A stretch of DNA of 32,000 nt, taken from the NCBI RefSeq assembly GCF_014280175.1, contig NZ_CP047931.1:2010001-2042000 (forward strand), read 5' to 3'. The DNA comes from Synechococcus sp. A15-28. GTDB lineage: Bacteria; Cyanobacteriota; Cyanobacteriia; PCC-6307; Cyanobiaceae. The notes under the pieces were generated by a model. It did no database searches and had not been told where the DNA came from. It worked only from the letters and a program-made list of their open reading frames with translations. This document shows, piece by piece, positions 1-9,684 of the stretch. A program made the position numbers and the translations under genes. Each line of letters starts with the position of its first letter. Within the stretch, counting starts at the first letter, position 1.

Positions 1-335
1 ATCAGCTGCTGGGGGTGGAAGAGGACCCCGACTCGGCCAACCGCCAGATCGCCCGACTCAAAGGGGACCTTTACCTCGAAACCACGGTGACGGGTCGCCG
101 TCAGGAAAGTCCGACCGAGGACACCTTTCTGGCGGATGAATTGGTGCTGCAGATTCTGCACACCCCCGGCGCGCCCCGATTAAGCCGAATCGAAACCCTG
201 AGCCGCTACCACCGTTGCGGCGAAGACATCTGCGCCGAGCAGTGGCAGGCGCGGTACCCCGATCCAGGACAAACGATCACCAACAAAGCCGTCAGCGTTC
301 ACCGTTATCAACTCACCATGCGACCGCTCGAGTAA
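1..335 (+). CDS. 3' end of a CDS that starts upstream of the window; hypothetical protein, no family recognised
   Basis: Frame 3 is open from the window edge to TAA 333-335; track ORF 15..335 is only the part from an internal Met. GC-rich third codon positions resemble neighbouring core genes. No motif I can name. Confidence 0.45.
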   Translation, partial: QLLGVEEDPDSANRQIARLKGDLYLETTVTGRRQESPTEDTFLADELVLQILHTPGAPRLSRIETLSRYHRCGEDICAEQWQARYPDPGQTITNKAVSVHRYQLTMRPLE

Positions 336-364
336 GACAAAAGATTCAGAAGACTGAACAAAAA

Positions 365-1564
365 TCAAAACCCCTCGCAGAAATACAACCAGTCCTTTCT
401 GACTTGCATGGCATAGGATTTAGCGATTCTTGCTGTGAAAATCGCGAACTCTTCTTCTCGATCGCGGGCGATGCAGTTGATGGTTGCCTCAAACACATAT
501 TGGTCGACGGAGTGATTCAAACGCCTGGCAGCACGCAGATGCTTTGTGGCCATGATTTCTGCCCATTGAGCCGCCATCCGGTAGTAATTCTTCGTTTTCT
601 CCAACATCACCGTTGGGAAATCATTTTTAAATGGTGATCGCTCCCGAACCGAGAAACACTCCCCATCCATGCTCAGCCAGCCGAGGTGCTGATCCGGGTG
701 CTCAGCCAGGGCTTTGTAAGCCTCGGCATGGCGATGGGCATGATTCTCAAAATTATATTCATATTCTTTGACTTCCTCATCGCTCAGATAAGCGAATGCG
801 GTTGGATGTTTCTGCTGCTTGACGTCCAAAATCAAATCGTCATAAGCATGCTCAGTATTCCCAGCAATCAGAACGTAATAACGCCTCAAACCCAGCGAAC
901 CCTTTCCCGCTCCGCGACGCTCCGCGACATCAAGAATCTTGTTATGCAGCTCGTTCACCGAAGCAAATTCCTCAGGTATTGTACGCAAGTAGCCCTGAAA
1001 AGCCTGCGATATCTTCCTTCGTGTCTCTGCATCGACAGAAGACAATTTCCGTTCAATCACACGAAATTTTCGAACATTCCCGTCGCTCACTTCAGTCCAT
1101 TTACCGAGCATCCTCTCGCGACTGTATTTTTTTGATGTCTTAGCTAAAAACCTGGAAAGAGGCTTGCAAGTGTTGTGCTGATTGAAGGAGCATGAAAACA
1201 AATCAACGCGATCAAAAGACGTAATTGTTTTCAAATATGTCCTCGCAAAAACCCGAATGGCGTTGCTGAGCTCCTTATCATCAAATTTTTTATTTTGCCA
1301 TGCATCTAAAACCATACTGATACAAAAGCGCCAAATGTCGTACTGGTAATCGGCAACGAGTGCATCGTCATAATCATCAAAACCAAAGGCAACATGGCCA
1401 GCATTATTCAAGTAAGCACCCATGTTGTAAACATGGGAGTCGCCTTCAATCCAAGTTCGAGAGAAGGCACTGCCTCCAAAGCGATTGATCTGCCAATCCC
1501 CGGCAAAATCAGACCAGAAAAGATGGTTGGAACCTTTGAAAAATGAGTAAGGACCATTTTTCAT
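365..1564 (-). CDS. DUF2252 (COG4320) family protein
   Basis: 399-aa ORF. The blocks FFKGSNHLFWSDF, IEGDSHVYNMGAY, FGFDDYDDA and DIWRF match the FxRG / GDxHxxNxG / FDxNDFDE / WDxxR signature I associate with DUF2252. An in-frame TAG five codons upstream of ATG 1564 prevents extension. The gene sits in a strongly AT-rich islet. Confidence 0.75.
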   Translation of the reverse strand: MKNGPYSFFKGSNHLFWSDFAGDWQINRFGGSAFSRTWIEGDSHVYNMGAYLNNAGHVAFGFDDYDDALVADYQYDIWRFCISMVLDAWQNKKFDDKELSNAIRVFARTYLKTITSFDRVDLFSCSFNQHNTCKPLSRFLAKTSKKYSRERMLGKWTEVSDGNVRKFRVIERKLSSVDAETRRKISQAFQGYLRTIPEEFASVNELHNKILDVAERRGAGKGSLGLRRYYVLIAGNTEHAYDDLILDVKQQKHPTAFAYLSDEEVKEYEYNFENHAHRHAEAYKALAEHPDQHLGWLSMDGECFSVRERSPFKNDFPTVMLEKTKNYYRMAAQWAEIMATKHLRAARRLNHSVDQYVFEATINCIARDREEEFAIFTARIAKSYAMQVRKDWLYFCEGF

Positions 1565-1751
1565 CTTTTCGAACTTTTCCTACCGAAAAGGAGTTGCTAC
1601 ATCTCGGTTATGATGCTCGAGCGACTCGTAAACTTTGCCTTTCCTGTCGTAACTTTTAGAGGAAAAAATAATGTTCTTCACCCTCAAAAAGATGCGACTT
1701 TCCAATTTCTAGCGTCGCAAACCCCTACAGCTGAGGGCTAAAGATAAAGAG

Positions 1752-1773
1752 TGTCTTCAGAAGCACATGAAGA
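1752..1773 (-). terminator. Hairpin downstream of the GST gene (putative intrinsic terminator)
   Basis: GTCTTCA-N8-TGAAGAC inverted repeat begins 8 nt after the GST stop (1781). On the minus strand it is followed by a T-rich stretch (ACTCTTTATCTTT). Confidence 0.4.
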
Positions 1774-1780
1774 CTTCGTT

Positions 1781-2506
1781 TCACACCTCTTCGAGGGTTC
1801 TTTCCATCAATTTGAGCTCGATCTGGTCGCGCCACTGGAACAAGGGCTGCAATTTGGGATGGTCACTCAGACCTGGCACACCCTTGCCAGCCAGAGCAAC
1901 ACCGGCGGAGGAGGGGAAGCGCAGCAACGACAGCTGAGCTGCCACGGCGATGTCCGCCAGGGTCATGCTGTCGCCCACCAACCATGGGCTGGCCTGTACG
2001 GATGTGGCGAGCTGCTCCAGGCTCGCCAGCAGATCGGCCCGCTCCCCCTGGTTCACCAGTTCGGTCACGTTGTTGACCCAGCCGCCGGGGATCGCCCCCA
2101 TCACCGACCGCACGGGGTCGGGCAGATCGTCGGGCAGCAGGGCGACCCGCAGCTCCGGGTCCAATGCCGCCGCTTGCACCAGAGCCGTGCGACCGGCCAT
2201 GGCCAGGGTGGTGTCCGCCCAGTCCTCGAGCAGATGCATCTGGGACGCCTGGCGCGGGTCCGTTGGAATCAGGGCTGGATCGGGCTCCCGCTGCTCCAGA
2301 TGACGGGCGATGGCAGAGGAGTCCGCCAGCACCTGTTCCCCATCCACCAGCACCGGCACCTGCCGCTGTCCAGAGAGGCGGAACACCGCCACCTGGCCGA
2401 TGCCGGGGGTCACCTCCACCGTGCGGAAACTGAGGCCTTTGGCCTGCAGCGCCATGCGCACCTTCAGACAGAAGGCGGAATGGCGGAATTGATGGAGCTC
2501 CAGCAT
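1781..2506 (-). CDS. Glutathione S-transferase family protein
   Basis: N-terminal thioredoxin-like GST fold motif (MLELHQFRHSAFCLKVRMALQAKGLSFRTVEV ... QVPVLVDGEQVLADSSAIARHL) and a helical C-domain (LVGDSMTLADIAVAAQL). Start chosen at ATG 2506. In-frame alternatives at 2521 and 2551 would nearly abut the divergent gene. Confidence 0.8.
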   Translation of the reverse strand: MLELHQFRHSAFCLKVRMALQAKGLSFRTVEVTPGIGQVAVFRLSGQRQVPVLVDGEQVLADSSAIARHLEQREPDPALIPTDPRQASQMHLLEDWADTTLAMAGRTALVQAAALDPELRVALLPDDLPDPVRSVMGAIPGGWVNNVTELVNQGERADLLASLEQLATSVQASPWLVGDSMTLADIAVAAQLSLLRFPSSAGVALAGKGVPGLSDHPKLQPLFQWRDQIELKLMERTLEEV

Positions 2507-2564
2507 GGCCAATGGATCCATGGGCCCGGCAGAGTAGCCAGCAGATTCCAACCGCCGCTAGCCC

Positions 2565-2771
2565 ATGCGGGAGTTCTTTCTCAACGTCACCCGCTACCCC
2601 CGCTATCTGGTGGCCTTCACCCTCGGGGTGATGAATTCCGTCGCTGAGCCCCTGGCCCAGCGACGCAGCAATCCCGTGACCGCCGTGGCCTTGATCGGAG
2701 CGCTGATCAGCGGATTCATCAGCCTGAGCCTGGTGTTGCGTGCCATGGTGACCTCAGCACCGATGGCGTGA
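2565..2771 (+). CDS. Small conserved cyanobacterial membrane protein (DUF751-like)
   Basis: 68 aa. The opening [22 protein letters not shown] followed by [16 protein letters not shown] resembles the DUF751 family as I remember it. Two predicted TM segments. Its stop overlaps the rbfA start (TGATG). Confidence 0.65.
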   Translation: MREFFLNVTRYPRYLVAFTLGVMNSVAEPLAQRRSNPVTAVALIGALISGFISLSLVLRAMVTSAPMA

Positions 2772-3175
2772 TGGCACAGGGTCGTCGAGTCGAGCGGGTC
2801 GCGGCCCTGATCCGCAAGGAAACCAGTGAACTGCTGATCAATGGCATCCGCGATGAACGGGTGCACCAAGGGATGGTGAGCATCACCGACGTGGAAGTCT
2901 CTGGGGATCTGCAGCACTGCAAGATCTTCGTAAGCATTTTTGGTGATCAGGCCAGCCAGCCGCAGGTGATGGAGGGGTTGCAGGCCGCCAGCGGTTACCT
3001 GCGCGGTGAACTCGGCAGGAGGCTGCAGATGCGCCGCGCGCCGGAAGTGGTGTTCCAGCTGGACCGCGGCATCGAGAAGGGCACCTCCGTACTGGGTCTG
3101 CTCAACAAGCTCGAGGATGAGCGCAAGGAGCGAGGGGAGATTCCGGCGGGAAGCGATGAGCTGCCGTCCGAGTGA
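2771..3175 (+). CDS. rbfA: Ribosome-binding factor A
   Basis: [17 protein letters not shown] ... [21 protein letters not shown] ... [29 protein letters not shown] is the canonical RbfA pattern. ATG 2771 is preferred; GTG 2768 is possible. Confidence 0.9.
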   Translation: MAQGRRVERVAALIRKETSELLINGIRDERVHQGMVSITDVEVSGDLQHCKIFVSIFGDQASQPQVMEGLQAASGYLRGELGRRLQMRRAPEVVFQLDRGIEKGTSVLGLLNKLEDERKERGEIPAGSDELPSE

Positions 3176-4757
3176 TCCGCTGCAGCGGCAGGTGGCCGAA
3201 CTGCTGGTGGTGCGCGCCAGCGGCCACCTCGATGATCAGCAACGCCGCTACCCCCAGTGGGAGCTCAGCAACCGCGAACTGCAGCGGCTGTTGAACAGCG
3301 GAGTGGGCGGGGTGATCCTGCTGGGCGGCAGCGCCATGGAACTGCAGCAGCGCACCCGCCAGCTGCAGGGCTGGAGCGATCAGCCCCTGCTGCTGTGTGC
3401 CGATGTGGAGGAGGGCGTCGGTCAACGCTTTGAAGGGGCGAGCTGGCTGGTGCCCCCCCTGGCTCTGGGGCGACTGCATCAGAACGATCCGGAACAGGCC
3501 ATCGCCCTGGCGGAGAGTTACGGCCACTGCACCGCAGACCAGGCCAGGCTCTGCGGCTTGAACTGGGTGCTGGGCCCGGTCTGCGACGTCAACAACAATC
3601 CGGCCAACCCGGTGATCAACGTGCGGGCATGGGGTGAAGACCCCACAACCGCTGGCGCTCTGGCCGCTGCTTTTCAACGGGGTCTGAGCCGTGGCGGCGT
3701 GTTGGGCTGCGCCAAGCACTTCCCGGGCCATGGCGACACCTCCAGCGATTCCCACCTGGACCTGCCGGTGCTGCCCCACAGCCGTGAACGGCTGGAGCAG
3801 CTGGAGTTCCCGCCCTTCCGTGCCGCCATCGCCGCCGGGGTCGACAGCGTGATGACCGCCCATCTGCTGCTGCCGCAGCTGGATCCCGAGCAGCCCGCCA
3901 CCCTGTCGAGCGTCGTGCTCACCGACCTGCTGCGCGGCACGTTGGGCTTCAACGGATTGGTGGTGACGGATGCTCTGGTGATGGAGGCGATCACCGCGCG
4001 CCATGGCCCCGCGGAGGCTGCGGTGCTGGCCTTTGAAGCCGGCGCGGATCTCATCCTCATGCCCGCCGATGCCGATGCCGCCATCTCCGGCATCAGCCAG
4101 GCCATTGCCCAGGGACGGATCCCGATCCAACGGCTGCATCAGGCTCTGAAACGTCGTCGTGAAGCGCTGGCGAAGGTGCAGCCGCCAGCCCCGGCACTCC
4201 CCATACCCACCCCTGAGGAACGGCAGCTGGAGCAGCATTTGGTGGCCGCCAGCCTGGAACAGTCAGGTCCTGCCACCATCCCTGCCGCCGCAGGCATCAA
4301 CCTCATCCGGGTCGATGCGGCCTGGCCCTGCCCCGCGCTCAACGGTTCAGCCCCGGCCCTGCGCTTACCAGAACAGCAGGGATACCGCAGCGTGGTGGTG
4401 CATGGCCTGGGGGTCTCCCCCTGGCAGGACGACCCCGACGCCCCCTTGGCCCTGGAGCGCTTGGGCGATGGCCCGATCGTGCTGCAGCTGTTTTTGCGGG
4501 GAAATCCCTTCCGCGGGGAACGCGACCGGCAGGAGCCCTGGTGCGCGGCCGTGCAACAGCTGCAACGGCTGGATCGGCTGGCCGGCTTGATCGTCTATGG
4601 CAGTCCCTACCTCTGGGAGGCGCTCCGCTCGATGCTGCACCCCTCGATCCCGGCTGGATTCAGCCCGGGGCAGATGCCGGAAGCGCAGCGCCAACTGCTC
4701 AGCCGTCTGCTGCAATCCCAGGCTAAACGCCCTGCGAGCCGCGACTTCACCGACTGA
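3156..4757 (+). CDS. nagZ: Glycoside hydrolase family 3 beta-N-acetylhexosaminidase (NagZ-like) with C-terminal extension
   Basis: GH3 motifs are present: [61 protein letters not shown] and GLVVTDAL. Start set at ATG 3156, overlapping the rbfA end by 20 nt. The track extension back to 3006 lies inside rbfA in another frame. Confidence 0.8.
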   Translation: MSCRPSDPLQRQVAELLVVRASGHLDDQQRRYPQWELSNRELQRLLNSGVGGVILLGGSAMELQQRTRQLQGWSDQPLLLCADVEEGVGQRFEGASWLVPPLALGRLHQNDPEQAIALAESYGHCTADQARLCGLNWVLGPVCDVNNNPANPVINVRAWGEDPTTAGALAAAFQRGLSRGGVLGCAKHFPGHGDTSSDSHLDLPVLPHSRERLEQLEFPPFRAAIAAGVDSVMTAHLLLPQLDPEQPATLSSVVLTDLLRGTLGFNGLVVTDALVMEAITARHGPAEAAVLAFEAGADLILMPADADAAISGISQAIAQGRIPIQRLHQALKRRREALAKVQPPAPALPIPTPEERQLEQHLVAASLEQSGPATIPAAAGINLIRVDAAWPCPALNGSAPALRLPEQQGYRSVVVHGLGVSPWQDDPDAPLALERLGDGPIVLQLFLRGNPFRGERDRQEPWCAAVQQLQRLDRLAGLIVYGSPYLWEALRSMLHPSIPAGFSPGQMPEAQRQLLSRLLQSQAKRPASRDFTD

Positions 4758-4792
4758 GCGGCCTAACCTCCCGCCAACCCGAGCCGCCGGCG

Positions 4793-5995
4793 ATGCTCAG
4801 CTTCTCCATGATCGTGCGCAACGAGGAGGCGCGGCTGGCGGATTGCCTGGCCTCTGTGCGGGAGCTTGCGGACGAGATGGTTGTGGTGGATACCGGCTCC
4901 ACCGACGCCACCATCGCCGTGGCCGAAGCGGCCGGTGCTCGCGTGGAACAGGTTGAATGGCCAGGCGATTTCGCCCCCGCCCGCAACACAGCCCTCACCT
5001 TTCTCAACGGGGACTGGGTGCTGGTGCTGGATGCCGATGAACAGCTGCGACCGGAGGTGATCCCCAGCCTCAAGGCCTTGATGGCCCAGCCCGATGTGCT
5101 GGTGATCAATCTGCTGCGTTACGAGGTGGGGGCCGCCATGGCGCCCTACTCCAGTGTCAGCCGTCTGTTCCGCCGCCATCCCGCCATCCGCTGGAGCCGG
5201 CCGTATCACTCGATGATCGACGACAGCGTCGGCGAGCTGCTGGCCAGCGAACCCCAATGGCGCATCGCCGACTGCAGCGAACCAGCCATCCTTCACGACG
5301 GCTACCGGCCGGAACTGCTGGCCGGCACCGACAAAGCCGAGCGCTTGCGCCAGGCCATGCAGAGCGAATTGGACACCCGGCCTGGTGATCCCTACGCCAG
5401 CGCCAAGCTCGGTGGACTGATGATCAGCGAAGGACAGCACGACCAGGCCATCCCGCTGCTGCGCCGCGGCCTGGATCAAGCCACAGGCGACAGCGCGGAA
5501 CGGTACGAGTTGCTGCTGCACCTGGGTCTGGCCCTCACTCCCAGAGATCCGAGCGGTGCCGTGGCCTGTTATCGCCAGGCTCTGGACATTCCCCTCGATG
5601 CCCGGATCAGCCTCGGGGCACGCCTCAACCTGGCGGCCCGGCTGATGGAGCAAGGCGAGCTCGATGAAGCCATCGCTCTCACCCAGACCGCCACCCAGCG
5701 GGCCCCGGAAGTGGCCCTCGGTTGGTACAACCTCGGCCTGATGCTGCGCCGCCGCGGCGACATCGCAGCGGCCCTTGAGGCCTACAGCCGCGCTGTGGAG
5801 CTCGACCCCGATAACGCGGCCTGCCATCAGAACCGCGCCGTCGCGCTGCTGCTGGGGGGTGACATCGAAGGGGCGCGCGCCGCCTTCCGCACCGCGATCA
5901 CCCTGCTGGAGACCCAGGGGCGACCCGTCGATGCCCAGGCCCTGCGCAGCAAGGCCCAGGGCATCGTCAAGCTGGACATGGAGCCCATCGCTTGA
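4793..5995 (+). CDS. Family 2 glycosyltransferase with C-terminal TPR repeats
   Basis: N-terminal GT2 signature (SFSMIVRNEEARLADCL ... VVVDTGSTD ... ARN ... VLVLDADE). The C-terminal half shows repeated TPR-like A/L/Y/G spacing (WYNLGLMLRRRGDIAAALEAYSRAVELDPDNAACHQNRA). Confidence 0.8.
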   Translation: MLSFSMIVRNEEARLADCLASVRELADEMVVVDTGSTDATIAVAEAAGARVEQVEWPGDFAPARNTALTFLNGDWVLVLDADEQLRPEVIPSLKALMAQPDVLVINLLRYEVGAAMAPYSSVSRLFRRHPAIRWSRPYHSMIDDSVGELLASEPQWRIADCSEPAILHDGYRPELLAGTDKAERLRQAMQSELDTRPGDPYASAKLGGLMISEGQHDQAIPLLRRGLDQATGDSAERYELLLHLGLALTPRDPSGAVACYRQALDIPLDARISLGARLNLAARLMEQGELDEAIALTQTATQRAPEVALGWYNLGLMLRRRGDIAAALEAYSRAVELDPDNAACHQNRAVALLLGGDIEGARAAFRTAITLLETQGRPVDAQALRSKAQGIVKLDMEPIA

Positions 5996-6780
5996 GCCAG
6001 CCGCTGCAGAACTGCACGGTGGTGGTGACCCGCGCCGCCGACCAACAGGGAGAAGCCAGGCGCCTGCTGCAAGCCCAGGGTGCGCAGGTGCTCGACCTCC
6101 CCGCTCTGGTGATCGGCCCCCCGGACGACTGGCGCCCCCTGGACGATGCCCTGGCGGAGCTGGAGGAGTTTCACTGGCTGGTGGTATCCAGCGCCAATGG
6201 GGTGCAGGCGGTGGAACAGCGCTTGCAACGCCAGGGGGGCAGCCTGTTGCGGCGACCGGCCAACCTGCGCATCGCCGCCGTTGGTCGCAAAACCGCCAGA
6301 GCCCTTGACGATCTCGGCGCAGAGGCGGATTTCGTGCCGCCAAGCTTCGTGGCCGACAGCCTGATCGAACACTTTCCCGTGTCCGGCTATGGCCTGCGGA
6401 TGCTCCTGCCGAGGGTGCAAAGCGGTGGCAGAACCGTGCTGGCGGAGGCCTTCGGGGAAGCGGGGGTGAGGGTGGTTGAAGTGGCGGCCTATGAGTCCCG
6501 CTGCCCCGACGCCATGCCGGATGGCACCGCCGATGCCCTGGCGGCTGGAACCGTGGACGCGCTGCTGTTCAGCAGCGGCAAGACGGCCGCCCACACGGCA
6601 CAACTGCTGCTGCAGCGCTTCGGGCCAGGCTGGGAAGAGCGGCTGGCCTCGTCGAAGATCGTGTCCATCGGCCCCCAGACCAGCCAGAGCTGCCGCCAGT
6701 CGTTCGGTCGCGTCGATGGGGAAGCCGATCCCCATGACCTGGAGGGGCTGGTGGACGCCTGCTGCCGGCTACTGAGGTGA
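5992..6780 (+). CDS. hemD: Uroporphyrinogen-III synthase
   Basis: HemD-like pattern: VVVTRAADQ ... WLVVSSANGV ... IAAVGRKTA ... LLFSSGKTA ... IVSIGPQT. TTG start at 5992 overlaps the upstream stop (TTGA). Confidence 0.8.
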   Translation: MSQPLQNCTVVVTRAADQQGEARRLLQAQGAQVLDLPALVIGPPDDWRPLDDALAELEEFHWLVVSSANGVQAVEQRLQRQGGSLLRRPANLRIAAVGRKTARALDDLGAEADFVPPSFVADSLIEHFPVSGYGLRMLLPRVQSGGRTVLAEAFGEAGVRVVEVAAYESRCPDAMPDGTADALAAGTVDALLFSSGKTAAHTAQLLLQRFGPGWEERLASSKIVSIGPQTSQSCRQSFGRVDGEADPHDLEGLVDACCRLLR

Positions 6781-6786
6781 ACGGCA

Positions 6787-7305
6787 TCAGCCGAGGCAGA
6801 CGGCCTCCTGCGGTTCGCCATCCTGTGCCAGCTGCAGGCAGCCCCGCTGCACATCAATGTCCAGCACCGACCAGGTCTCCGGCAGCACCCGCAGATCATC
6901 CGCTGCACATCGGCCATCGATGCCGATGCAGAGCACGGCACTGCCGGAGGCGGACTGAACCAGAGCGCGGCGCTGTTGACCCACCAGCATCACGCCGGTC
7001 AGCGTCAGCCCGGAGTTTGTTGAAGCGGTTGCAGCGTCAGACAACCCTGGCAAAGGTTGGAAGGGATCCGGCCGGCCGGCCGGTGCCGCTTCACGGACCT
7101 GCTGCACCGATGGCAAGGGGATCAGACCCAGATCCGGGGGCGCCGTCGCGATCGGTGCGGGAGGCTCCATCTCAGGGGTTGCCGCTGGAGCCGGGGCGGT
7201 GCTGGACGTCGGAGGTTCAGACCCACCGAAGGCGGCCAGGGCCAGTACAGCAGCCAGCAGGCCTGCCTCAGCTCCCCTTTTCCACCAGATCCCGGAAACG
7301 ATCAA
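6787..7305 (-). CDS. Hypothetical exported or membrane-anchored protein (hydrophobic N-terminus, Pro/Ala-rich linker, C-terminal beta-rich domain)
   Basis: 172-aa ORF with a protein-like composition, whereas the opposite-strand ORF 6777..7388 is Arg/Pro-rich junk. The N-terminus LLAAVLALAAF is hydrophobic. The only available start is TTG 7305, overlapping the upstream gene by 38 nt, so the start is uncertain. Confidence 0.45.
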   Translation of the reverse strand: MIVSGIWWKRGAEAGLLAAVLALAAFGGSEPPTSSTAPAPAATPEMEPPAPIATAPPDLGLIPLPSVQQVREAAPAGRPDPFQPLPGLSDAATASTNSGLTLTGVMLVGQQRRALVQSASGSAVLCIGIDGRCAADDLRVLPETWSVLDIDVQRGCLQLAQDGEPQEAVCLG

Positions 7306-7705
7306 GGTTGGCCTGCAGCTCCTTCGTCACAATCCCCCCCAGGATGCTGGGCTCCATCAACGGTGCCAAGACCATCGGCAATTCGTAGCTGACGCTGAGC
7401 TTCACCACGGTGCGATCACCGGGCTCGGGATAGAAGCGAACTGCACCTTTGGTGGGAAGTCCGCCAACAGATTCCCAGTGCAGCTGCTGCGCCTCCACCC
7501 GCTGCGTGATCCGCGCTTTCCAGTGGAAGCGAAATCCCTGGGCCGCCAGGGTCCAGTCGGTGAGATCCGGATCCTCGAGGGTCTTCACCGATTCGATCCA
7601 GCGCATCCACTTGGGCATGGCCTCGAGATCGCTCCACACGGCCCAGACCCGATCCACAGGGGCCTGAACATCCGTGGTGACGGAGTGGTCGAGCCAGCGT
7701 CCCAT
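7268..7705 (-). CDS. SRPBCC (START / polyketide cyclase-dehydrase-like) family protein
   Basis: V.APVDRVWAVWSDLEAMPKWM ... W.A......HW.ARIT ... is typical of SRPBCC cyclase/dehydrase proteins. ATG 7705 shares one base with the crtQ stop (TGATG). A homolog sits next to crtQ in other cyanobacteria (from memory: slr0941 beside slr0940). Confidence 0.8.
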   Translation of the reverse strand: MGRWLDHSVTTDVQAPVDRVWAVWSDLEAMPKWMRWIESVKTLEDPDLTDWTLAAQGFRFHWKARITQRVEAQQLHWESVGGLPTKGAVRFYPEPGDRTVVKLSVSYELPMVLAPLMEPSILGGIVTKELQANLDRFRDLVEKGS

Positions 7706-9171
7706 CAAGCCACAGCTGCGTTGGTGGCGAGCCTAACTGGCTGATCCAGGATGGCGGCTGCCGCCAGATGGCCACTCATCGTGGCGCCTTCCATCGAATC
7801 GATGTAGTCCTGGCGGGTGTAACTGCCAGCCAGGAAGAAGTTCTGAATCGGCGTGCGCTGATCAGGGCGGTAGGGCTCCATGCCCGGAGCCTCGCGGTAG
7901 AGCGACTGCGCCAGCTTCACCACGTTGCTCCAGGTGAGCTTGAGATCGCGAGCAGAAGGGAACAAGGCACGCACCTGGCGATCGGTGTGGGCCACGATCT
8001 CGTCCACGGATTTGGGAATCCAGGGATCACCGGGGGTCAGCACACACTGCAGCAGGGACCCCTCTCCCTCCTTGCGGTAATCCTCCGGACTGGCCAGGGC
8101 CAGATCCGCAAAGCAGCTGAAATCCGCATCAGCGGTATACAGCAGATTGTTCAGACCGGTTGGCGTCGCCACATCCCGGCGCTGGGCGTCCTGCGATTCA
8201 CCCAGTTCCGTCACCCAGCCGTCGTAACGAAGCTGCACCGTGGCCACGGGAACCGCCTCCAGTTGATGGATGGCATCGAACTGGGGGAAGCGACGCCAGT
8301 CGTCCGGCAACAGCTTCTGGATCCCGGGCACATCGCAGGCGGCGAGATAGGCGTCAGCCTCCACACGGATGTCTCCCTCCGGTGTGCCCAGCTGCAGAGC
8401 GGTCACCTCGGGGGTGTCGCCATCGCTGTACTCCACCTGCTTCACCCGGTGGCGCAGATGCAAGGTGCCGCCGCGCTGCTGGATGTAATCGAGGATCGGA
8501 CCGGTGAGCCAACGGTGCGGCGATCCCTTGAGCAAATTGAGTTTGGAGGCTTCGGTCTTGGACGCAAACATCATGAAGATGGTGAGCATGCAGCGGGCCG
8601 AAATCGCCTCGCAATCGATGAACCCCAGCGCATAGGCGATCGGGTTCCACATGCGACGGATGCTTTCCGGGCTCCCGCCGTGGCCCACGAACCAATCCTG
8701 GAAGCTGACGGAATCCAACGCACGGATGGTGCGCATCGCCCCCTCGTAATCCACCAGGCCCCGCACGATCGGGCTCGTCCCCAGGGCCAGGGCATTGCGC
8801 AGCTTGTCGATCCAGCTGAGCTGTGGCGTGGTGAAGAACGCCTTGAGGCCGTTGAAGGGAGCCCCGATCGGGAAGCGGAAATCCAGTTCCCGCAGGTCAC
8901 CACCCTCGTTCACGAACAGGTGGGTGTGCTGCTTGGGCAGCAGGTTTTCAAAGGCGCCCACCTTCCGCATCAAGGCGAAGAGATTGGCGTAATTGAAAAA
9001 GAACACATGCAACCCCATTTCGATGTGGTTGCCGCCGTCATCAACCCAACTGCCCACCTTGCCGCCCATGAACGGGCGAGCCTCATAGAGATTCACCTTA
9101 TGCCCGGCATCCACCAGGTCCACCGCAGCGGAGAGGCCCGCGAGACCGGAACCGACAATCGCGACCCGCAC
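7705..9171 (-). CDS. crtQ: Zeta-carotene desaturase
   Basis: The N-terminus [24 protein letters not shown]...[23 protein letters not shown], together with [41 protein letters not shown] and [13 protein letters not shown]...[18 protein letters not shown], closely follows plant-type ZDS/CrtQ rather than PDS. Confidence 0.92.
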   Translation of the reverse strand: MRVAIVGSGLAGLSAAVDLVDAGHKVNLYEARPFMGGKVGSWVDDGGNHIEMGLHVFFFNYANLFALMRKVGAFENLLPKQHTHLFVNEGGDLRELDFRFPIGAPFNGLKAFFTTPQLSWIDKLRNALALGTSPIVRGLVDYEGAMRTIRALDSVSFQDWFVGHGGSPESIRRMWNPIAYALGFIDCEAISARCMLTIFMMFASKTEASKLNLLKGSPHRWLTGPILDYIQQRGGTLHLRHRVKQVEYSDGDTPEVTALQLGTPEGDIRVEADAYLAACDVPGIQKLLPDDWRRFPQFDAIHQLEAVPVATVQLRYDGWVTELGESQDAQRRDVATPTGLNNLLYTADADFSCFADLALASPEDYRKEGEGSLLQCVLTPGDPWIPKSVDEIVAHTDRQVRALFPSARDLKLTWSNVVKLAQSLYREAPGMEPYRPDQRTPIQNFFLAGSYTRQDYIDSMEGATMSGHLAAAAILDQPVRLATNAAVA

Positions 9172-9243
9172 CTTGTGGTGTGCAACTGATGGCGACTCTA
9201 TGTATCAGGCTCCATAAAGTGAGGACATGAGCCTGCGTCATCA

Positions 9244-9636
9244 ATGACCTCAACCACCAGCCCAGCGCCGGCCCACACCGCCAAGGACGGCAAGGGCATC
9301 CTGATCACGGAACCCGCCATGCAGCAGCTGGCCAAGCTCTGTCGTGAGCAGGGCGATCAACAGGTGCTGCGGGTGGGGGTCCGCTCCGGGGGCTGCAGCG
9401 GCATGAGCTACACGATGGACTTCGTGCCGGCCTCCGACACCCTCGAAGACGACGAGACCTACGACTACGTCGCCGCCAACGGCCAGGGCTTCCGCGTGAT
9501 CTGCGACCCCAAGAGCCTGCTGTACATCTACGGCATGCAACTGGACTTCAGCACCGCTCTGATCGGCGGAGGCTTCAACTTCACCAACCCCAACGCCAGT
9601 CAGACCTGCGGTTGCGGCAGCTCCTTCGCGGTGTGA
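9244..9636 (+). CDS. Iron-sulfur cluster assembly accessory protein (HesB/IscA/SufA family)
   Basis: LRVGVRSGGCSGMSY and the C-terminal F.F.NPNA...CGCGSSF are the three-Cys HesB/IscA signature. Confidence 0.88.
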   Translation: MTSTTSPAPAHTAKDGKGILITEPAMQQLAKLCREQGDQQVLRVGVRSGGCSGMSYTMDFVPASDTLEDDETYDYVAANGQGFRVICDPKSLLYIYGMQLDFSTALIGGGFNFTNPNASQTCGCGSSFAV

Positions 9637-9684
9637 CCCAACGGCGCCGCGTGGGAATCTGAGGAGTGTTCAGCACGCGTCGCC

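Noticed and set aside
1671-1712. 13-codon plus-strand mini-ORF (MFFTLKKMRLSNF) with GAGGA upstream in the AT-rich spacer
   Set aside because: AT-rich DNA readily produces such ORFs by chance. It is on the strand opposite the flanking genes, and nothing else supports it.
345-1775. Short direct repeat TTCAGAAG(ACT) at both edges of the AT-rich islet (345-355 and 1756-1763/1769-1775) as a possible target-site duplication
   Set aside because: Only 8 contiguous nt match, and the right-hand copy is part of the GST terminator hairpin. That is too weak to call an insertion scar without comparative data.
3006-3155. Upstream extension of the nagZ ORF
   Set aside because: It lies within rbfA in a different frame and has Arg/Cys/Ser-rich junk composition. 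ATG 3156 gives a sensible GH3 N-terminus.
3102-4238. 378-aa minus-strand ORF, plus similar long ORFs at 13167..13916 (+), 25882..26823 (-), 27054..28373 (-), 27695..28675 (+) and 29236..30531 (-)
   Set aside because: All lie opposite or out of frame to membrane-protein or GH3 genes with clear family motifs. Their compositions are dominated by Arg, Pro, Gly and Gln, as expected for non-coding frames of GC-rich DNA.
4763-6343. 526-aa minus-strand ORF spanning the GT2/TPR and hemD region
   Set aside because: It is antisense to two well-supported genes. Its Arg/Gly/Pro/Ala-rich, low-complexity composition is typical of shadow frames in high-GC DNA, and I recognise no motif.
6787-7305. PilP-like assignment for the Pro-rich exported protein
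   Set aside because: The only basis is a vague resemblance of the C-terminal beta segment (LTGVMLVGQQRRALV). There is no pilus gene context, so it stays a hypothetical protein.
7768-9189. 473-aa plus-strand ORF
   Set aside because: It is an antisense shadow of crtQ, whose identity is unambiguous.
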